Below, in pieces: positions 26,467 through 35,534 of a stretch of 64,000 nt of DNA. The first letter of the stretch is position 1; every line of letters starts with the position of its first letter. Below the pieces are notes generated by a model. The model was given only the letters and a program-made list of their open reading frames with translations. It made no database searches and was not told the DNA's origin. Source of the stretch: Gemmatimonadota bacterium. Lineage in GTDB: Bacteria; Gemmatimonadota; Gemmatimonadetes; Gemmatimonadales; GWC2-71-9. The stretch covers positions 2,591,382-2,655,381 of the forward strand of contig CP070716.1 of the NCBI GenBank assembly GCA_020350425.1, given 5' to 3'. Made by a program: the position numbers and the translations under genes.

Positions 26467-27632
26467 GCATCGTCCTCCAGCGTGCGCGCCCGCACCTCTC
26501 CGTCGGCGAGCTCCAGTCGAAAAGGCAGTCCCGGGGAGAATTGCGCGGCGCGCTTGAGCACGCGGCCGGCTTCGTCGCGCGCCACGGCATACCCCCGCTG
26601 CAACACCCTGAGCGGGCTGAGCGCGTCGAGCTTTCCCGAGAGTCCCTCGAGCCGGTGCCGCCGGGCTTCGACCTGTCGCTGCACCGCCGCTCCCAGTCGA
26701 TCGGCCGTGCGCTCCAGACGTTCCTTCCCGAGCTCCGCCTGATTCCCCAACCCCCGGGCGAGTCGCCGCGCCAGCGCGCCGACGCGGTCCTGCGTGGCGG
26801 CGCGGTCGGGCACCGCAGCCTCGGCCGCCGCCGAGGGAGTGGGCGCGCGCACGTCCGCCACCAGATCGGTCAGCGAGACGTCGGTCTCGTGTCCCACCGC
26901 GGAGATGATGGGCACCCGCACCGCGGCCACCGCCCGGGCCACCTGCTCGCTGTTGAACGCCCAGAGATCCTCCCGCGAGCCACCCCCCCGACCCACGATC
27001 GCCAAATCCATCTCGGGCAGGGCGTTCACCATCTCGAGCGCTGCGCAGAGCTCGTCCTCGGCGCCATCGCCCTGCACGAGGGTCGGCACCACCCAGAGCT
27101 CGACCGCGGGCCAGCGCCGCTCGAGCACGCTGACGATGTCCCGCAGCGCGGCACCGTCGGGGCTCGTCACGACGGCGATCCTCTCCGGGTAGGGAGGGAG
27201 CGGCCGCTTGCGGGCCGGGTCGAGCAGGCCGTCGCGCTCCAGGGCAGCCTTGGCGCGCTCGAGCTGGAGCTGCCACAGGCCACCTTCGGCGGTCGGTATC
27301 AGTTGCTTGACGGTGAGGCGGAACTCGCCGCGTTCCTCCCACAGGGTGGGGCGCGCGTGGACGAAGACTTCCATCCCGTCCTCGGGCGAGGTCGGCAGCC
27401 GCTGGTTGTCGCCGCGCCACATCACGCAGCGCACCTGTGCTTGCGCGTCGCGTAGGGTGAAATACCAGTGGCCGCTGCGGTACGACTTGAAGCTGGTGAC
27501 CTCGCCCCGCACCCAGAGACGGTCGAAGCCGGCTTCGATCAGTTGGCGGGCGCGGCGCGTGACGTCGGCCACGCTCCACGCCCCCTCGGCAGACGCTGGT
27601 GGAGTCGCGCTGAAGAGGTCTAGTCCGCCCAC
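26463..27632 (-). CDS. xseA: exodeoxyribonuclease VII large subunit
   Basis: 389 aa. OB-fold N-terminus (LWVRGEVTSFKSYRSGHWYFTLRD) and catalytic core (GRGGGSREDLWAFN). GTG start. Confidence 0.9.
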   Translation of the reverse strand: MGGLDLFSATPPASAEGAWSVADVTRRARQLIEAGFDRLWVRGEVTSFKSYRSGHWYFTLRDAQAQVRCVMWRGDNQRLPTSPEDGMEVFVHARPTLWEERGEFRLTVKQLIPTAEGGLWQLQLERAKAALERDGLLDPARKRPLPPYPERIAVVTSPDGAALRDIVSVLERRWPAVELWVVPTLVQGDGAEDELCAALEMVNALPEMDLAIVGRGGGSREDLWAFNSEQVARAVAAVRVPIISAVGHETDVSLTDLVADVRAPTPSAAAEAAVPDRAATQDRVGALARRLARGLGNQAELGKERLERTADRLGAAVQRQVEARRHRLEGLSGKLDALSPLRVLQRGYAVARDEAGRVLKRAAQFSPGLPFRLELADGEVRARTLEDDA

Positions 27633-28504
27633 TGGCGCGCGGCCTGGACGGTGTTGTAGAGCAGCATCGTGATCGTCATCGGCCCCACTCCACCCGGCAC
27701 CGGCGTGATCTGCGAGGCCACCTCCTTCGCCGCCTCAAAGTCGACGTCTCCCACGAGCCGGTACCCCTTTTCCACGCTCGCATCATCCACCCGGTTCACG
27801 CCGACGTCGATCACCACGGCGCCCGGGCGAATCCAGTCCCCCTTCACGAACTCCGCCACGCCGATGGCGGCGATCAGGATATCCGCCTGTCGCGTGACCT
27901 GGGGGAGGTCCCTGGTGCGGGAGTGGCACATCGTCACGGTGGCGTTCGCCCCGGCGCCCTTCTGTGACAGGATGGCCGCCGCCGGCCGGCCCACGATGTT
28001 GGAGCGTCCCACGATGACCACGTGGGCGCCGGAGGTCTCGACGCCCGAGCGAATCAGCATCTGCTGGACCCCGTAGGGCGTCGCCGGCCGGAACCCCGTC
28101 GGGTCGCCGATCTGCACCTTGCCGATGTTGACCGGGTGAAATCCGTCCACGTCCTTGTCCGGGCGGATGCTGAACAGCACCCGCTTCTCGTTGACCTGGT
28201 CGGGGAGCGGGAGCTGTACCAGGATGCCGTGCACCTTGGGATCATCGTTGAGGCGCTCGACGACGGCGAGTACGTCGGCTTCCGACGTCTCGGCGGGCAT
28301 GCGGATCGTCTCGCTGTGCATGCCGAGGTTCTCGCAGGCCTTGCCCTTCATGCGGACGTACACCTGGCTGGCGGGGTCATCCCCCACCAGCACCACGGAG
28401 AGGCCCGGTGTGATCCCCTTCCCCTTGAGTTCCTCGATCTGCGGCGCCAGCTCGGCGCGCATCTCCTCACCAATCGCTTTTCCATCGATGATCTTAGCGG
28501 GCAA
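27620..28504 (-). CDS. folD: bifunctional methylenetetrahydrofolate dehydrogenase/cyclohydrolase
   Basis: The TTG at 28504 gives MPAKIIDGKAIG..., matching FolD N-termini. VVIVGRSNIVGRPAAAIL motif. The ORF-track extension to 28672 runs into rny. Confidence 0.9.
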   Translation of the reverse strand: MPAKIIDGKAIGEEMRAELAPQIEELKGKGITPGLSVVLVGDDPASQVYVRMKGKACENLGMHSETIRMPAETSEADVLAVVERLNDDPKVHGILVQLPLPDQVNEKRVLFSIRPDKDVDGFHPVNIGKVQIGDPTGFRPATPYGVQQMLIRSGVETSGAHVVIVGRSNIVGRPAAAILSQKGAGANATVTMCHSRTRDLPQVTRQADILIAAIGVAEFVKGDWIRPGAVVIDVGVNRVDDASVEKGYRLVGDVDFEAAKEVASQITPVPGGVGPMTITMLLYNTVQAARQWAD

Positions 28505-30074
28505 AATCCACGGCCCTCGTTTCTCGGATGACGACGATTTTGATTTGTCCCGGATATTGGAGTTCTTGCTCGATGCGCCGCGCGATCTGCTCGGACAGTT
28601 CCACCGCCGCGTCGTCGGTGACGTGGTCCGGCAGGACCGCGATGCGAATCTCGCGCCCCGCCTGGATGGCAAAGGCCTTCTCCACCCCCTTGAAGCCGGT
28701 GGCGATCTCCTCCAGCTGACTCAGCCGCTTGACGTACGTCTCGAACGCCTCGCGCCGCGCCCCCGGGCGCGCGCCGCTCGCCGCGTCGGCCGCCTGGACG
28801 ATCATCGAGATGGTCGTCTCGTGCGGCACGTCGTCGTGGTGCGCCGCGATGGCGTTGACCACGGTGGGGTGCTCATTGTAGCGCTTGGCCACGTCCACGC
28901 CCAACTCGACGTGCGTCCCCTCGTGCTGGTGCGTGAGCACTTTGCCGACGTCGTGCAGCAGCGCCGCGCGCTTGGCGAGGTGCACGTCCAGTTTGAGCTC
29001 TTCGGCCAGGATGCCCGCAAGCCACGCCACTTCCTTGGAGTGGGCCAGCATGTTCTGCCCGTAGGAGGTCCGATACTTCATGCGCCCCACGAGCTTCACC
29101 AGCTCCGCGTGCATCCCCCGGATGCCCAGCTCGTAGACCGTCTCCTCTCCCGTCTCGACGATCTGCTGCTCCAGCTCGGTGCGCACCCGCTCGACCACCT
29201 CCTCGATCCGGCCCGGATGGATGCGCCCATCGGTGATGAGCTGCTCCATGGCCCGGCGGGCCACCTCGCGCCGGATAGGATCGAAGCACGAGACGACCAC
29301 GGTATCGGGCGTGTCGTCGATGATGACGTCGACGCCGGTGGCGGTCTCGAACGCGCGAATGTTGCGACCTTCGCGCCCGATGATGCGACCCTTCATCTCG
29401 TCGTTGGGAAGCGACACGGCGGACACGGTGGTCTCCGTCGCCTGGTCGGCGGCGAGCCGCTGCATCGCCATGGCGAGGATCTTGCGCGCCTCCCGGTCGG
29501 CCACACGCTTGGCCTCTTCCTTGATGTCCCGGACCGCCGCCGCCGCCTCGCTCTTGGCGCTGTCGACCATCTCGTGCTTGAGGGCCTCCTTCGCCTCATC
29601 CGCCGAGAGGCCGGAAGCCTGTTCCAGGCGCTGGCGGTGCTCCGTCAACAGCTCGTCGAGCTCCTCTTCCCGCCGCTGCACCACCTTCTTGCGATCGCTG
29701 ACCGACTGCTCGCTCCGCGCCAGCTCCTGCTCGCGCTCGTCCATCGTGTTGAGCTTGCGGTCGATCAGCGTTTCCCGCTCCTCCAGGCGCTGCTCGTGGC
29801 GGTCGAGCTCCTCCCGCTGGTGCCGCTCCTCCTTTTCCCACCCTTCCCGCAGGCCCATGATCTGTTCCTTGGCCTGCAGCAGCGCCTCGTGCTTGGCTGA
29901 GTCCGCGTCGCGGCCCGCGCGGGCGAGGATCTCCTCGGCCTGCTGGTGCGCGGCGCGCCCCTGGCGCGTGGCCTCGTGCCGTTCCGCCCTCTTTCCGAGC
30001 ACGAAAAAGACCGCCCCGCCGAAGACGACTCCAACGAGAACGGCCACGATCGTGACGAGCTGATCGGCTGCCAT
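28494..30074 (-). CDS. rny: ribonuclease Y
   Basis: 526 aa with an N-terminal TM helix, a charged coiled coil, a KH domain (GRIIGREGRNIRAFE) and an HD domain (LLHDVGK). Confidence 0.93.
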   Translation of the reverse strand: MAADQLVTIVAVLVGVVFGGAVFFVLGKRAERHEATRQGRAAHQQAEEILARAGRDADSAKHEALLQAKEQIMGLREGWEKEERHQREELDRHEQRLEERETLIDRKLNTMDEREQELARSEQSVSDRKKVVQRREEELDELLTEHRQRLEQASGLSADEAKEALKHEMVDSAKSEAAAAVRDIKEEAKRVADREARKILAMAMQRLAADQATETTVSAVSLPNDEMKGRIIGREGRNIRAFETATGVDVIIDDTPDTVVVSCFDPIRREVARRAMEQLITDGRIHPGRIEEVVERVRTELEQQIVETGEETVYELGIRGMHAELVKLVGRMKYRTSYGQNMLAHSKEVAWLAGILAEELKLDVHLAKRAALLHDVGKVLTHQHEGTHVELGVDVAKRYNEHPTVVNAIAAHHDDVPHETTISMIVQAADAASGARPGARREAFETYVKRLSQLEEIATGFKGVEKAFAIQAGREIRIAVLPDHVTDDAAVELSEQIARRIEQELQYPGQIKIVVIRETRAVDFAR

Positions 30075-30145
30075 ATCTATGAACCCCAGCGGCGCCCGCC
30101 GCTCGTCGCGGCTCGGCTCCGCAGAACTCGAAAGTTGGGAGGCAC

Positions 30146-30169
30146 GGACGTCACCTTTCCGTGACGTCC
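30146..30169 (-). terminator. hairpin between zapA and rny (weak terminator or processing site)
   Basis: Perfect 9-bp stem GGACGTCAC / GTGACGTCC with a 6-nt loop. No clear U-tract. Confidence 0.3.
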
Positions 30170-30176
30170 GCTGAAC

Positions 30177-30512
30177 CTATCCGCCGTCCGGCGACGAGGC
30201 AAGCGAGCCCTGCCCACGCCCCTTTCGCTTGGCGGGTGGGAGCAGGCGCGACAGCTCGGTCGTCATGGCGCGCAACCGATCGGCCAGGTCCGCCTGCGCG
30301 CGGCGCGCCTGAAACAGCTCGTCGGTGATCGCCAGGGCGGCGAGGATCGCGGCCTTGTGCGTCTCCACCATGGCACCGACCTGGAGAACCTCCTTGAGCG
30401 CCCGATCCACGTGCTCGGCCACCGCCCGCGTGTATTCCGGCGCGCGATCGGACCTGAGCGTGTACTCGTCGTTGCCGATCGTGACCTTGACGACGGTCTT
30501 CTTGTCCGTCAT
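30177..30512 (-). CDS. zapA: cell division protein ZapA
   Basis: 111 aa with KVTIGNDEYTLRSD...EYTRAVAEHVDRALKEV. Its ATG forms an ATGA overlap with the upstream ORF stop. Confidence 0.85.
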   Translation of the reverse strand: MTDKKTVVKVTIGNDEYTLRSDRAPEYTRAVAEHVDRALKEVLQVGAMVETHKAAILAALAITDELFQARRAQADLADRLRAMTTELSRLLPPAKRKGRGQGSLASSPDGG

Positions 30513-30805
30513 CGCCGCTGCTCCTCCATCGACACCTGCTCCTCAAGGAACCGCAGCCGTCCGATCAGGTCGTTCACCCGCGTGCGCGCGGCATCGAGCC
30601 GTGTGGTGAGGTCCGCGTTCTGGCTCTCCAGATCGAGGATCCGCTCGCGGTTGGCGACGGCGTCGTAGTCGGCTCCCATCTGCTCGCGCTCGCCCTCCGC
30701 CTTCAGCGCCCGGCGCCGCCAGGCGGAAAGCTCCCCCGTGAGTTCGTCGAGCACCTGTTTCAGTGCCTCGAGCGCTTCGAGATCAGGCCTGCCGTCGTTC
30801 GACAC
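30509..30805 (-). CDS. small coiled-coil protein (possibly ZapB-like cell-division partner)
   Basis: Heptad-rich sequence (LEALEALKQVLDELTGELSAWRRRALKAEGE...LRFLEEQV). The start is uncertain: GTG at 30805, overlapping the pheT end, or ATG at 30679. Confidence 0.45.
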   Translation of the reverse strand: MSNDGRPDLEALEALKQVLDELTGELSAWRRRALKAEGEREQMGADYDAVANRERILDLESQNADLTTRLDAARTRVNDLIGRLRFLEEQVSMEEQRR

Positions 30806-33140
30806 CCAACCGCTCCTTGAGCGCAGTGAGCACAGCGTCCAGCGCCTCGTCGGCCTCCCGGTCGCGCAGCGTGCGATCCGGCGCCCGGAAGACCAGTCGC
30901 CAGGCCACGCTGCGGCCCACCATCTCGTCACCGCGATACTCGTCGAACACCCGCGTCGCGACGAGCAGCGCGCCGCCCGCCTCCCCCATCACCTCCTCGA
31001 CCGCAACTGCGCTCACCCCTTCGGGCAGCACCAGCGCGATGTCACGCTCCACCGGCGGCGTCGTCGGCAGGGGTTGGTGAAGGGGGTGGGGCCGGTCGCG
31101 CACCTCCACCTCCACCTCGAAGCCGTACAGCTGGGCGGCCCAGGGCGGTCGGTCTGCCGCCAGGGCTCCGGCCCAGCCGTGGCGTGCACCATCACCATCC
31201 ACCAGCTCCCAGCCACCGTCCGCCTCGACCACGACACCCTCGGGTCCCGCCACGCGCACGGCTTCCTCAAACATAGCCTTCACGTCCCACACGTCGTAAT
31301 CGGGGGACTTGCCCTGCGCCGTCCAGTGCGGTGGCATGCGCTCGCCCGAGATCACACCGGCCAGGCGCTGCATCTCCCGGGGACGCGCCTCGCCCACGTC
31401 ATGGAAGACCCTCCCGGTCTCGAACAACCGGATGTCCCGCTCGCGCACCGCCCAGTTGCGCTCGGCCGAGCGCACCAGCCCGGCCAGCAGATCGGCACGC
31501 AGGTAGGCGTCCTCGGCGGACAGGGGGTTGAGCACGCGCCACGCCCCTTCCCCCCCCGCGCCCGTCAGGGAGAGCGACCGCGCCTCGTGCAGCCCCATTC
31601 CGGTCATGACCCGGCGGATCGCCGCCCGCAGCGGCTCGATCGGGTCGTCGGGAACCACGCTGGTGCGGAACGGGAGCAGCTCCGTGGGAAACGTGTCGTA
31701 GCCCCGCACGCGCGCGACTTCCTCGATGAGGTCGATTTCCCGCGTCACGTCCGGACGCCACCCCGGCACCTGCACGTGCAGCTTCGCGCCCTTGGGCGCC
31801 ACCGGGAAGCCGAGGCCGACGAGGATACGCTCGATCTCCTCCCGCGTCACCGGCATTCCCAGCACGTGCGCGACGCGCTCGGGCCGCAGCACGACCGTGC
31901 GCGCCTTGAACGGCTTGGGATACACGTCGATTGGGGGCTCCGGCTCGGCACCGCCGGCGACGGCGCGGATCAGCTGCACGGCGCGGCGCAGCGCGTCGGG
32001 CATGGCCTCGTAATCGGTGCCCCGTTCGAAGCGATACGACGCCTCGGTCGTCATCTTCAGCGCCTGGCGCGTCTGGCGGATCCGCGGCGGATCGAAGTAG
32101 GCGCACTCGAGCAGCACGTCCGTCGTCCCCTCAGACACCTCCGACGTGGCACCGCCCATGACGCCGCCGATGGCCGTCGGTCCCTCGCCGTCGCAGATCA
32201 TCGTCATCTCGGGCGTGAGCTCGCGCGTTTCGCCGTCGAGCGTGGTCATCTGCTCCCCCGGCGCGGCACGGCGCACAACGATCTTGTTGCCCCGAACGGT
32301 GGCCAGATCGAAGGCGTGCAACGGCTGGTTCAGCTCGTACAGCACGTAGTTGGTGGCGTCGACGACGTTGTTGATGGGCCGCGCCCCGATGGCGCGCAAT
32401 CTCGCCTCCAACCACGTGGGCGATGGGCCAATCTGCACGCCACGGATCACGGCGGCCATGTAGCGCGGGCACCCCTCGACGTCCTCGATGCTCACGTCGA
32501 CGCCCCCCACGGCGCCCGTCTGCTTCACGCGGCGCGGCGCCCCCCCGTCACCCCGCGGCGCATTGGGAATCGCCGGCAGCTTCACGGGCACGCCGTACAC
32601 GACGCTGAGCTCGCGGGCCACGCCCTTGTGACACAACAGGTCGGGCCGGTTGGCCGTCACCTCGAGCTCGAGTCGGGTATCCTCGAGCGGGAACGCGTCG
32701 AGCAGGCGCGTTCCCGGCGGCGCGTCGGTGCGGATCTCCATGATCCCTTCGTGCTCCGTGCCCAACTCGAGCTCGCGCGCCGAGCAGAGCATGCCGTGCG
32801 ACACCACGCCGCGGATCTTGCGCGCCTCGAGCCTCAGGCCACCCGGCAGCACCGTGCCCTCGGGCGCATAGGGATACTTGGCGCCAGGCTTGACGACGGG
32901 CGCGCCACACACGACTTCGACCACCTCCCGCCCGTTGTTCACCTGACACAGCGTGAGTCGGTCGGCATTGGGATGCTTCTCGGCCCGCTCCACCAGCCCG
33001 ACCACCACGCCGTCGAGCTGCGGGCGCAGCTCCTCCCGTCCTTCGACAGGCGCCCCGAGCATGGCGAGCCGTTCCGCCACGTCGTCGGCGGCAAGATCGC
33101 GGCCCAGCAGATCCGAGAGCCAGTTGAGGGAGACGATCAT
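30783..33140 (-). CDS. pheT: phenylalanine--tRNA ligase beta subunit
   Basis: Start set to the ATG at 33140 (MIVSLNWLSDLLG...), 2 nt after the pheS stop. The ORF-track extension to 33383 overlaps pheS and is rejected. Confidence 0.93.
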   Translation of the reverse strand: MIVSLNWLSDLLGRDLAADDVAERLAMLGAPVEGREELRPQLDGVVVGLVERAEKHPNADRLTLCQVNNGREVVEVVCGAPVVKPGAKYPYAPEGTVLPGGLRLEARKIRGVVSHGMLCSARELELGTEHEGIMEIRTDAPPGTRLLDAFPLEDTRLELEVTANRPDLLCHKGVARELSVVYGVPVKLPAIPNAPRGDGGAPRRVKQTGAVGGVDVSIEDVEGCPRYMAAVIRGVQIGPSPTWLEARLRAIGARPINNVVDATNYVLYELNQPLHAFDLATVRGNKIVVRRAAPGEQMTTLDGETRELTPEMTMICDGEGPTAIGGVMGGATSEVSEGTTDVLLECAYFDPPRIRQTRQALKMTTEASYRFERGTDYEAMPDALRRAVQLIRAVAGGAEPEPPIDVYPKPFKARTVVLRPERVAHVLGMPVTREEIERILVGLGFPVAPKGAKLHVQVPGWRPDVTREIDLIEEVARVRGYDTFPTELLPFRTSVVPDDPIEPLRAAIRRVMTGMGLHEARSLSLTGAGGEGAWRVLNPLSAEDAYLRADLLAGLVRSAERNWAVRERDIRLFETGRVFHDVGEARPREMQRLAGVISGERMPPHWTAQGKSPDYDVWDVKAMFEEAVRVAGPEGVVVEADGGWELVDGDGARHGWAGALAADRPPWAAQLYGFEVEVEVRDRPHPLHQPLPTTPPVERDIALVLPEGVSAVAVEEVMGEAGGALLVATRVFDEYRGDEMVGRSVAWRLVFRAPDRTLRDREADEALDAVLTALKERLGVERRQA

Positions 33141-33142
33141 CG

Positions 33143-34171
33143 CTACTCCGAAAACTGCGAGAGCAACCGCATGTCGTTCTCCCACAGCAGCCGAATGTCG
33201 GGGATGCCGTGTCGCAACATCGCGATGCGCTCCACGCCCATGCCGAACGCGTACCCGGTGTACCGCTCGGGATCGATCCCGCAATTCTCGAACACGGCAG
33301 GGTGCACCATGCCCGCGCCCATGATCTCGAGCCAGCCCGTCTGCTTGCAGGTCGAGCAGCCGCTCCCCCGGCACATCTGACACTGCGCGTCGACCTCGGC
33401 CGACGGCTCGGTGAACGGGAAGAAGGACGGCCGAAACCGCACGGCGGTATCGCGGCTGAAGAACAGCTTCACGAAGGTGTCGATCGCCGCCTTGAAATCC
33501 ACGAAGCTGATCCCTTCGTCCACGGCGAGCCCCTCGATCTGCTCGAACACCGGCGAGTGCGACGGATCGAAGGCGTCGCGCCGGTACACCCTGCCGGGGA
33601 CGACGATGCGGATCGGCGGCTGGTACTGCTCCATGACGCGCGCCTGCATGGGCGAGGTGTGCGTGCGCAGCAGCACCCCGGGGCCGAGGTAGAACGTGTC
33701 GTGCTCGTCCGCCGCCGGGTGGTCCAGCCCGATATTGAGCTTGGTGAAGTTGTAGTCCTCGGTCTCGGCCTCCGGACCGGTCACCCGGGTGAAGCCGAGC
33801 GTCCGGAAGACCTCGCAGATCTCGTCCGTGACGGCGTTGACCGGATGCACCGCGCCGCGCCAGACGGGGCGGCTCGGCATGGTCCAGTCGAGCGCCTTGG
33901 GCGCCCGGGCCTCCTGCTGGAGGGCGAGCTCCCGCTGCGCGATGGCCTCCTCGAGCGCCCGCTTCAGTTGGTTGGCGCGCGCGCCGATGGCACGGCGCTC
34001 CTCGGAGGGGAGCCCCGCCAGCGAGCGGAGGATGAGGGTGAGCGTACCGGCCTTGCGGCCGAGGATCTCGGTCTTGAGCTGCGCTAGCGTCGCGGCGTCC
34101 GCCCTGGACGCGCGATCCACGGCGTGAGCGACGGCATCGAGCTGTTCCTGATGGGCGGGAGTCTGTGGCAT
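33143..34171 (-). CDS. pheS: phenylalanine--tRNA ligase alpha subunit
   Basis: Start at the ATG at 34171. Class II motifs FRPSFFPFTEPSAEVD and GAGMVHP. Confidence 0.93.
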   Translation of the reverse strand: MPQTPAHQEQLDAVAHAVDRASRADAATLAQLKTEILGRKAGTLTLILRSLAGLPSEERRAIGARANQLKRALEEAIAQRELALQQEARAPKALDWTMPSRPVWRGAVHPVNAVTDEICEVFRTLGFTRVTGPEAETEDYNFTKLNIGLDHPAADEHDTFYLGPGVLLRTHTSPMQARVMEQYQPPIRIVVPGRVYRRDAFDPSHSPVFEQIEGLAVDEGISFVDFKAAIDTFVKLFFSRDTAVRFRPSFFPFTEPSAEVDAQCQMCRGSGCSTCKQTGWLEIMGAGMVHPAVFENCGIDPERYTGYAFGMGVERIAMLRHGIPDIRLLWENDMRLLSQFSE

Positions 34172-34184
34172 CGGTGGCCGGCCC

Positions 34185-34538
34185 CTAGAGGCTCTTCTTC
34201 GCCACCTCCGCCAACTCACCGAACGCGGCCGGATCCCGCACCGCCAGGTCGGCCAGTACCTTGCGGTTGATCTCGACCCCGGCCTTCTTCAGACCCGCCA
34301 TGAAGCGGCTGTAGGACAGGTCGTGCAGCCGCGCCGCCGCATTGATCCGCACGATCCACAGCCGGCGGAAGTCCCGCTTCTTCTGGCGCCGGTCACGGTA
34401 CGCATAGCGCAACCCGCGCTCGACGTTCTCCTTCGCCGACTTGTACAGCTTGCTGCGCCCGCCGCGCGCGCCCTTGGCCGCGCGCATGATCTTCTTCTTG
34501 CGCTTGAGACGGGCGACGTTACTCCGAACTCTCGGCAT
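34185..34538 (-). CDS. rplT: 50S ribosomal protein L20
   Basis: [23 protein letters not shown]..., 117 aa. Confidence 0.97.
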   Translation of the reverse strand: MPRVRSNVARLKRKKKIMRAAKGARGGRSKLYKSAKENVERGLRYAYRDRRQKKRDFRRLWIVRINAAARLHDLSYSRFMAGLKKAGVEINRKVLADLAVRDPAAFGELAEVAKKSL

Positions 34539-34547
34539 CGCTCTCTC

Positions 34548-34742
34548 CTATCCCTGCAGCAGGCGCTTGACGCGACGCTCTTCCTGGCTCGAGACCATCG
34601 TGGCCTGGCGCAGACGCCGCTTCCGCTTGGGATGCTTCTTGGTGAGAATGTGGCTCTTGAACGCCCGGCGCCGCTTCACCTTGCCCTTCCCGGTGAGCTT
34701 GAAGCGCTTCGCAGCGCCGCGTTTCGTCTTCATCTTTGGCAT
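34548..34742 (-). CDS. rpmI: 50S ribosomal protein L35
   Basis: [25 protein letters not shown]..., 64 aa. Confidence 0.95.
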   Translation of the reverse strand: MPKMKTKRGAAKRFKLTGKGKVKRRRAFKSHILTKKHPKRKRRLRQATMVSSQEERRVKRLLQG

Positions 34743-34832
34743 CGTGCTTCCGTTCTCCGTCCGCCGCAGGCCATGGCCAGGCCGTCGCCGGTTCCTGTAT
34801 CCTCACGTTGTCGCCCCGCGTGCCAGACCAGT

Positions 34833-35378
34833 CTACTTCGGCGCGAGCACCATGGTCATGTTACGCCCCTCCAACCTGGGCGTCATCTCGATCTTGGCAA
34901 CGTCCTCCACGGCCGCGTAGACCCGGTCGAGTACTTCCTTGCCCAACTCGGGATGCGTGACCTGCCGGCCCCGGAACATCATGGTCAGCTTCACCTTGTT
35001 CCCCTCTTCGAGAAAGGTCCGGGCGTGCCGGGTCTTGAACTCGAAGTCGTGCTCGCTGATGCCGGGCCGGTACTTCACCTCTTTGACCTGGATGTTGTGC
35101 TGCTTCTTCCTCGCCGCCCGGGCCGCCTTTGCCTGCTCGAAGCGGTACTTCCCGTAGTCCATGACCTTGACCACGGGCGGGCGGGCCGTGGCGGCGACCT
35201 CGACCAGGTCGAGCCCGGCTTCGCGGGCTGCCTTCTGTGCTTCCTCGATCGGGACCACCCCCACCTGCTCCCCATCGGCGCCGATCAGCCGCACGGGGCT
35301 GATCCGGATCTGATGGTTGACCCGTACCTTCGATCTGTCCTCTTGCAGTGACGCTCCTCCTTCGCCTGAAGCCAACAA
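34833..35378 (-). CDS. infC: translation initiation factor IF-3
   Basis: VNHQIRISPVRLIGADGEQVGV and the conserved C-domain. The ORF-track start is TTG at 35378, but a strong SD AAGGAGGAG (35362-35354) lies inside that ORF. The real start is probably the in-frame CTG at 35348. Confidence 0.9.
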   Translation of the reverse strand: MLASGEGGASLQEDRSKVRVNHQIRISPVRLIGADGEQVGVVPIEEAQKAAREAGLDLVEVAATARPPVVKVMDYGKYRFEQAKAARAARKKQHNIQVKEVKYRPGISEHDFEFKTRHARTFLEEGNKVKLTMMFRGRQVTHPELGKEVLDRVYAAVEDVAKIEMTPRLEGRNMTMVLAPK

Positions 35379-35408
35379 AAAGGCGGATCCGAGCCCTCCG
35401 GAGTCCGC
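35374..35408 (-). terminator. intrinsic terminator / candidate attenuator immediately upstream of infC
   Basis: Minus strand reads GCGGACTCCG-gagggc-TCGGATCCGC followed by CTTTTTGTT. Confidence 0.55.
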
Positions 35409-35534
35409 ACGGCACCGGGGAAACGGCTGCCCCCCGGTACTCAGATCGGAACCCTAGATGCGCGTCCGGTCGGAGACCGGCGGCAGGAGGGTGAAGCGCT
35501 CGGGCGCTTGCTTACCGTATTGTGAGGGCGGAAC

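Noticed and set aside
26239-27579. 446-aa ORF containing xseB at its C-terminus
   Set aside because: The upstream 370 codons are an alternative frame of xseA with an Arg/Gly/Ala-rich nonsense composition. XseB is the final 75 aa, starting at the ATG at 26466.
30738-33380. 880-aa plus-strand ORF opposite pheT
   Set aside because: It is an in-register antisense shadow of pheT with no motifs.
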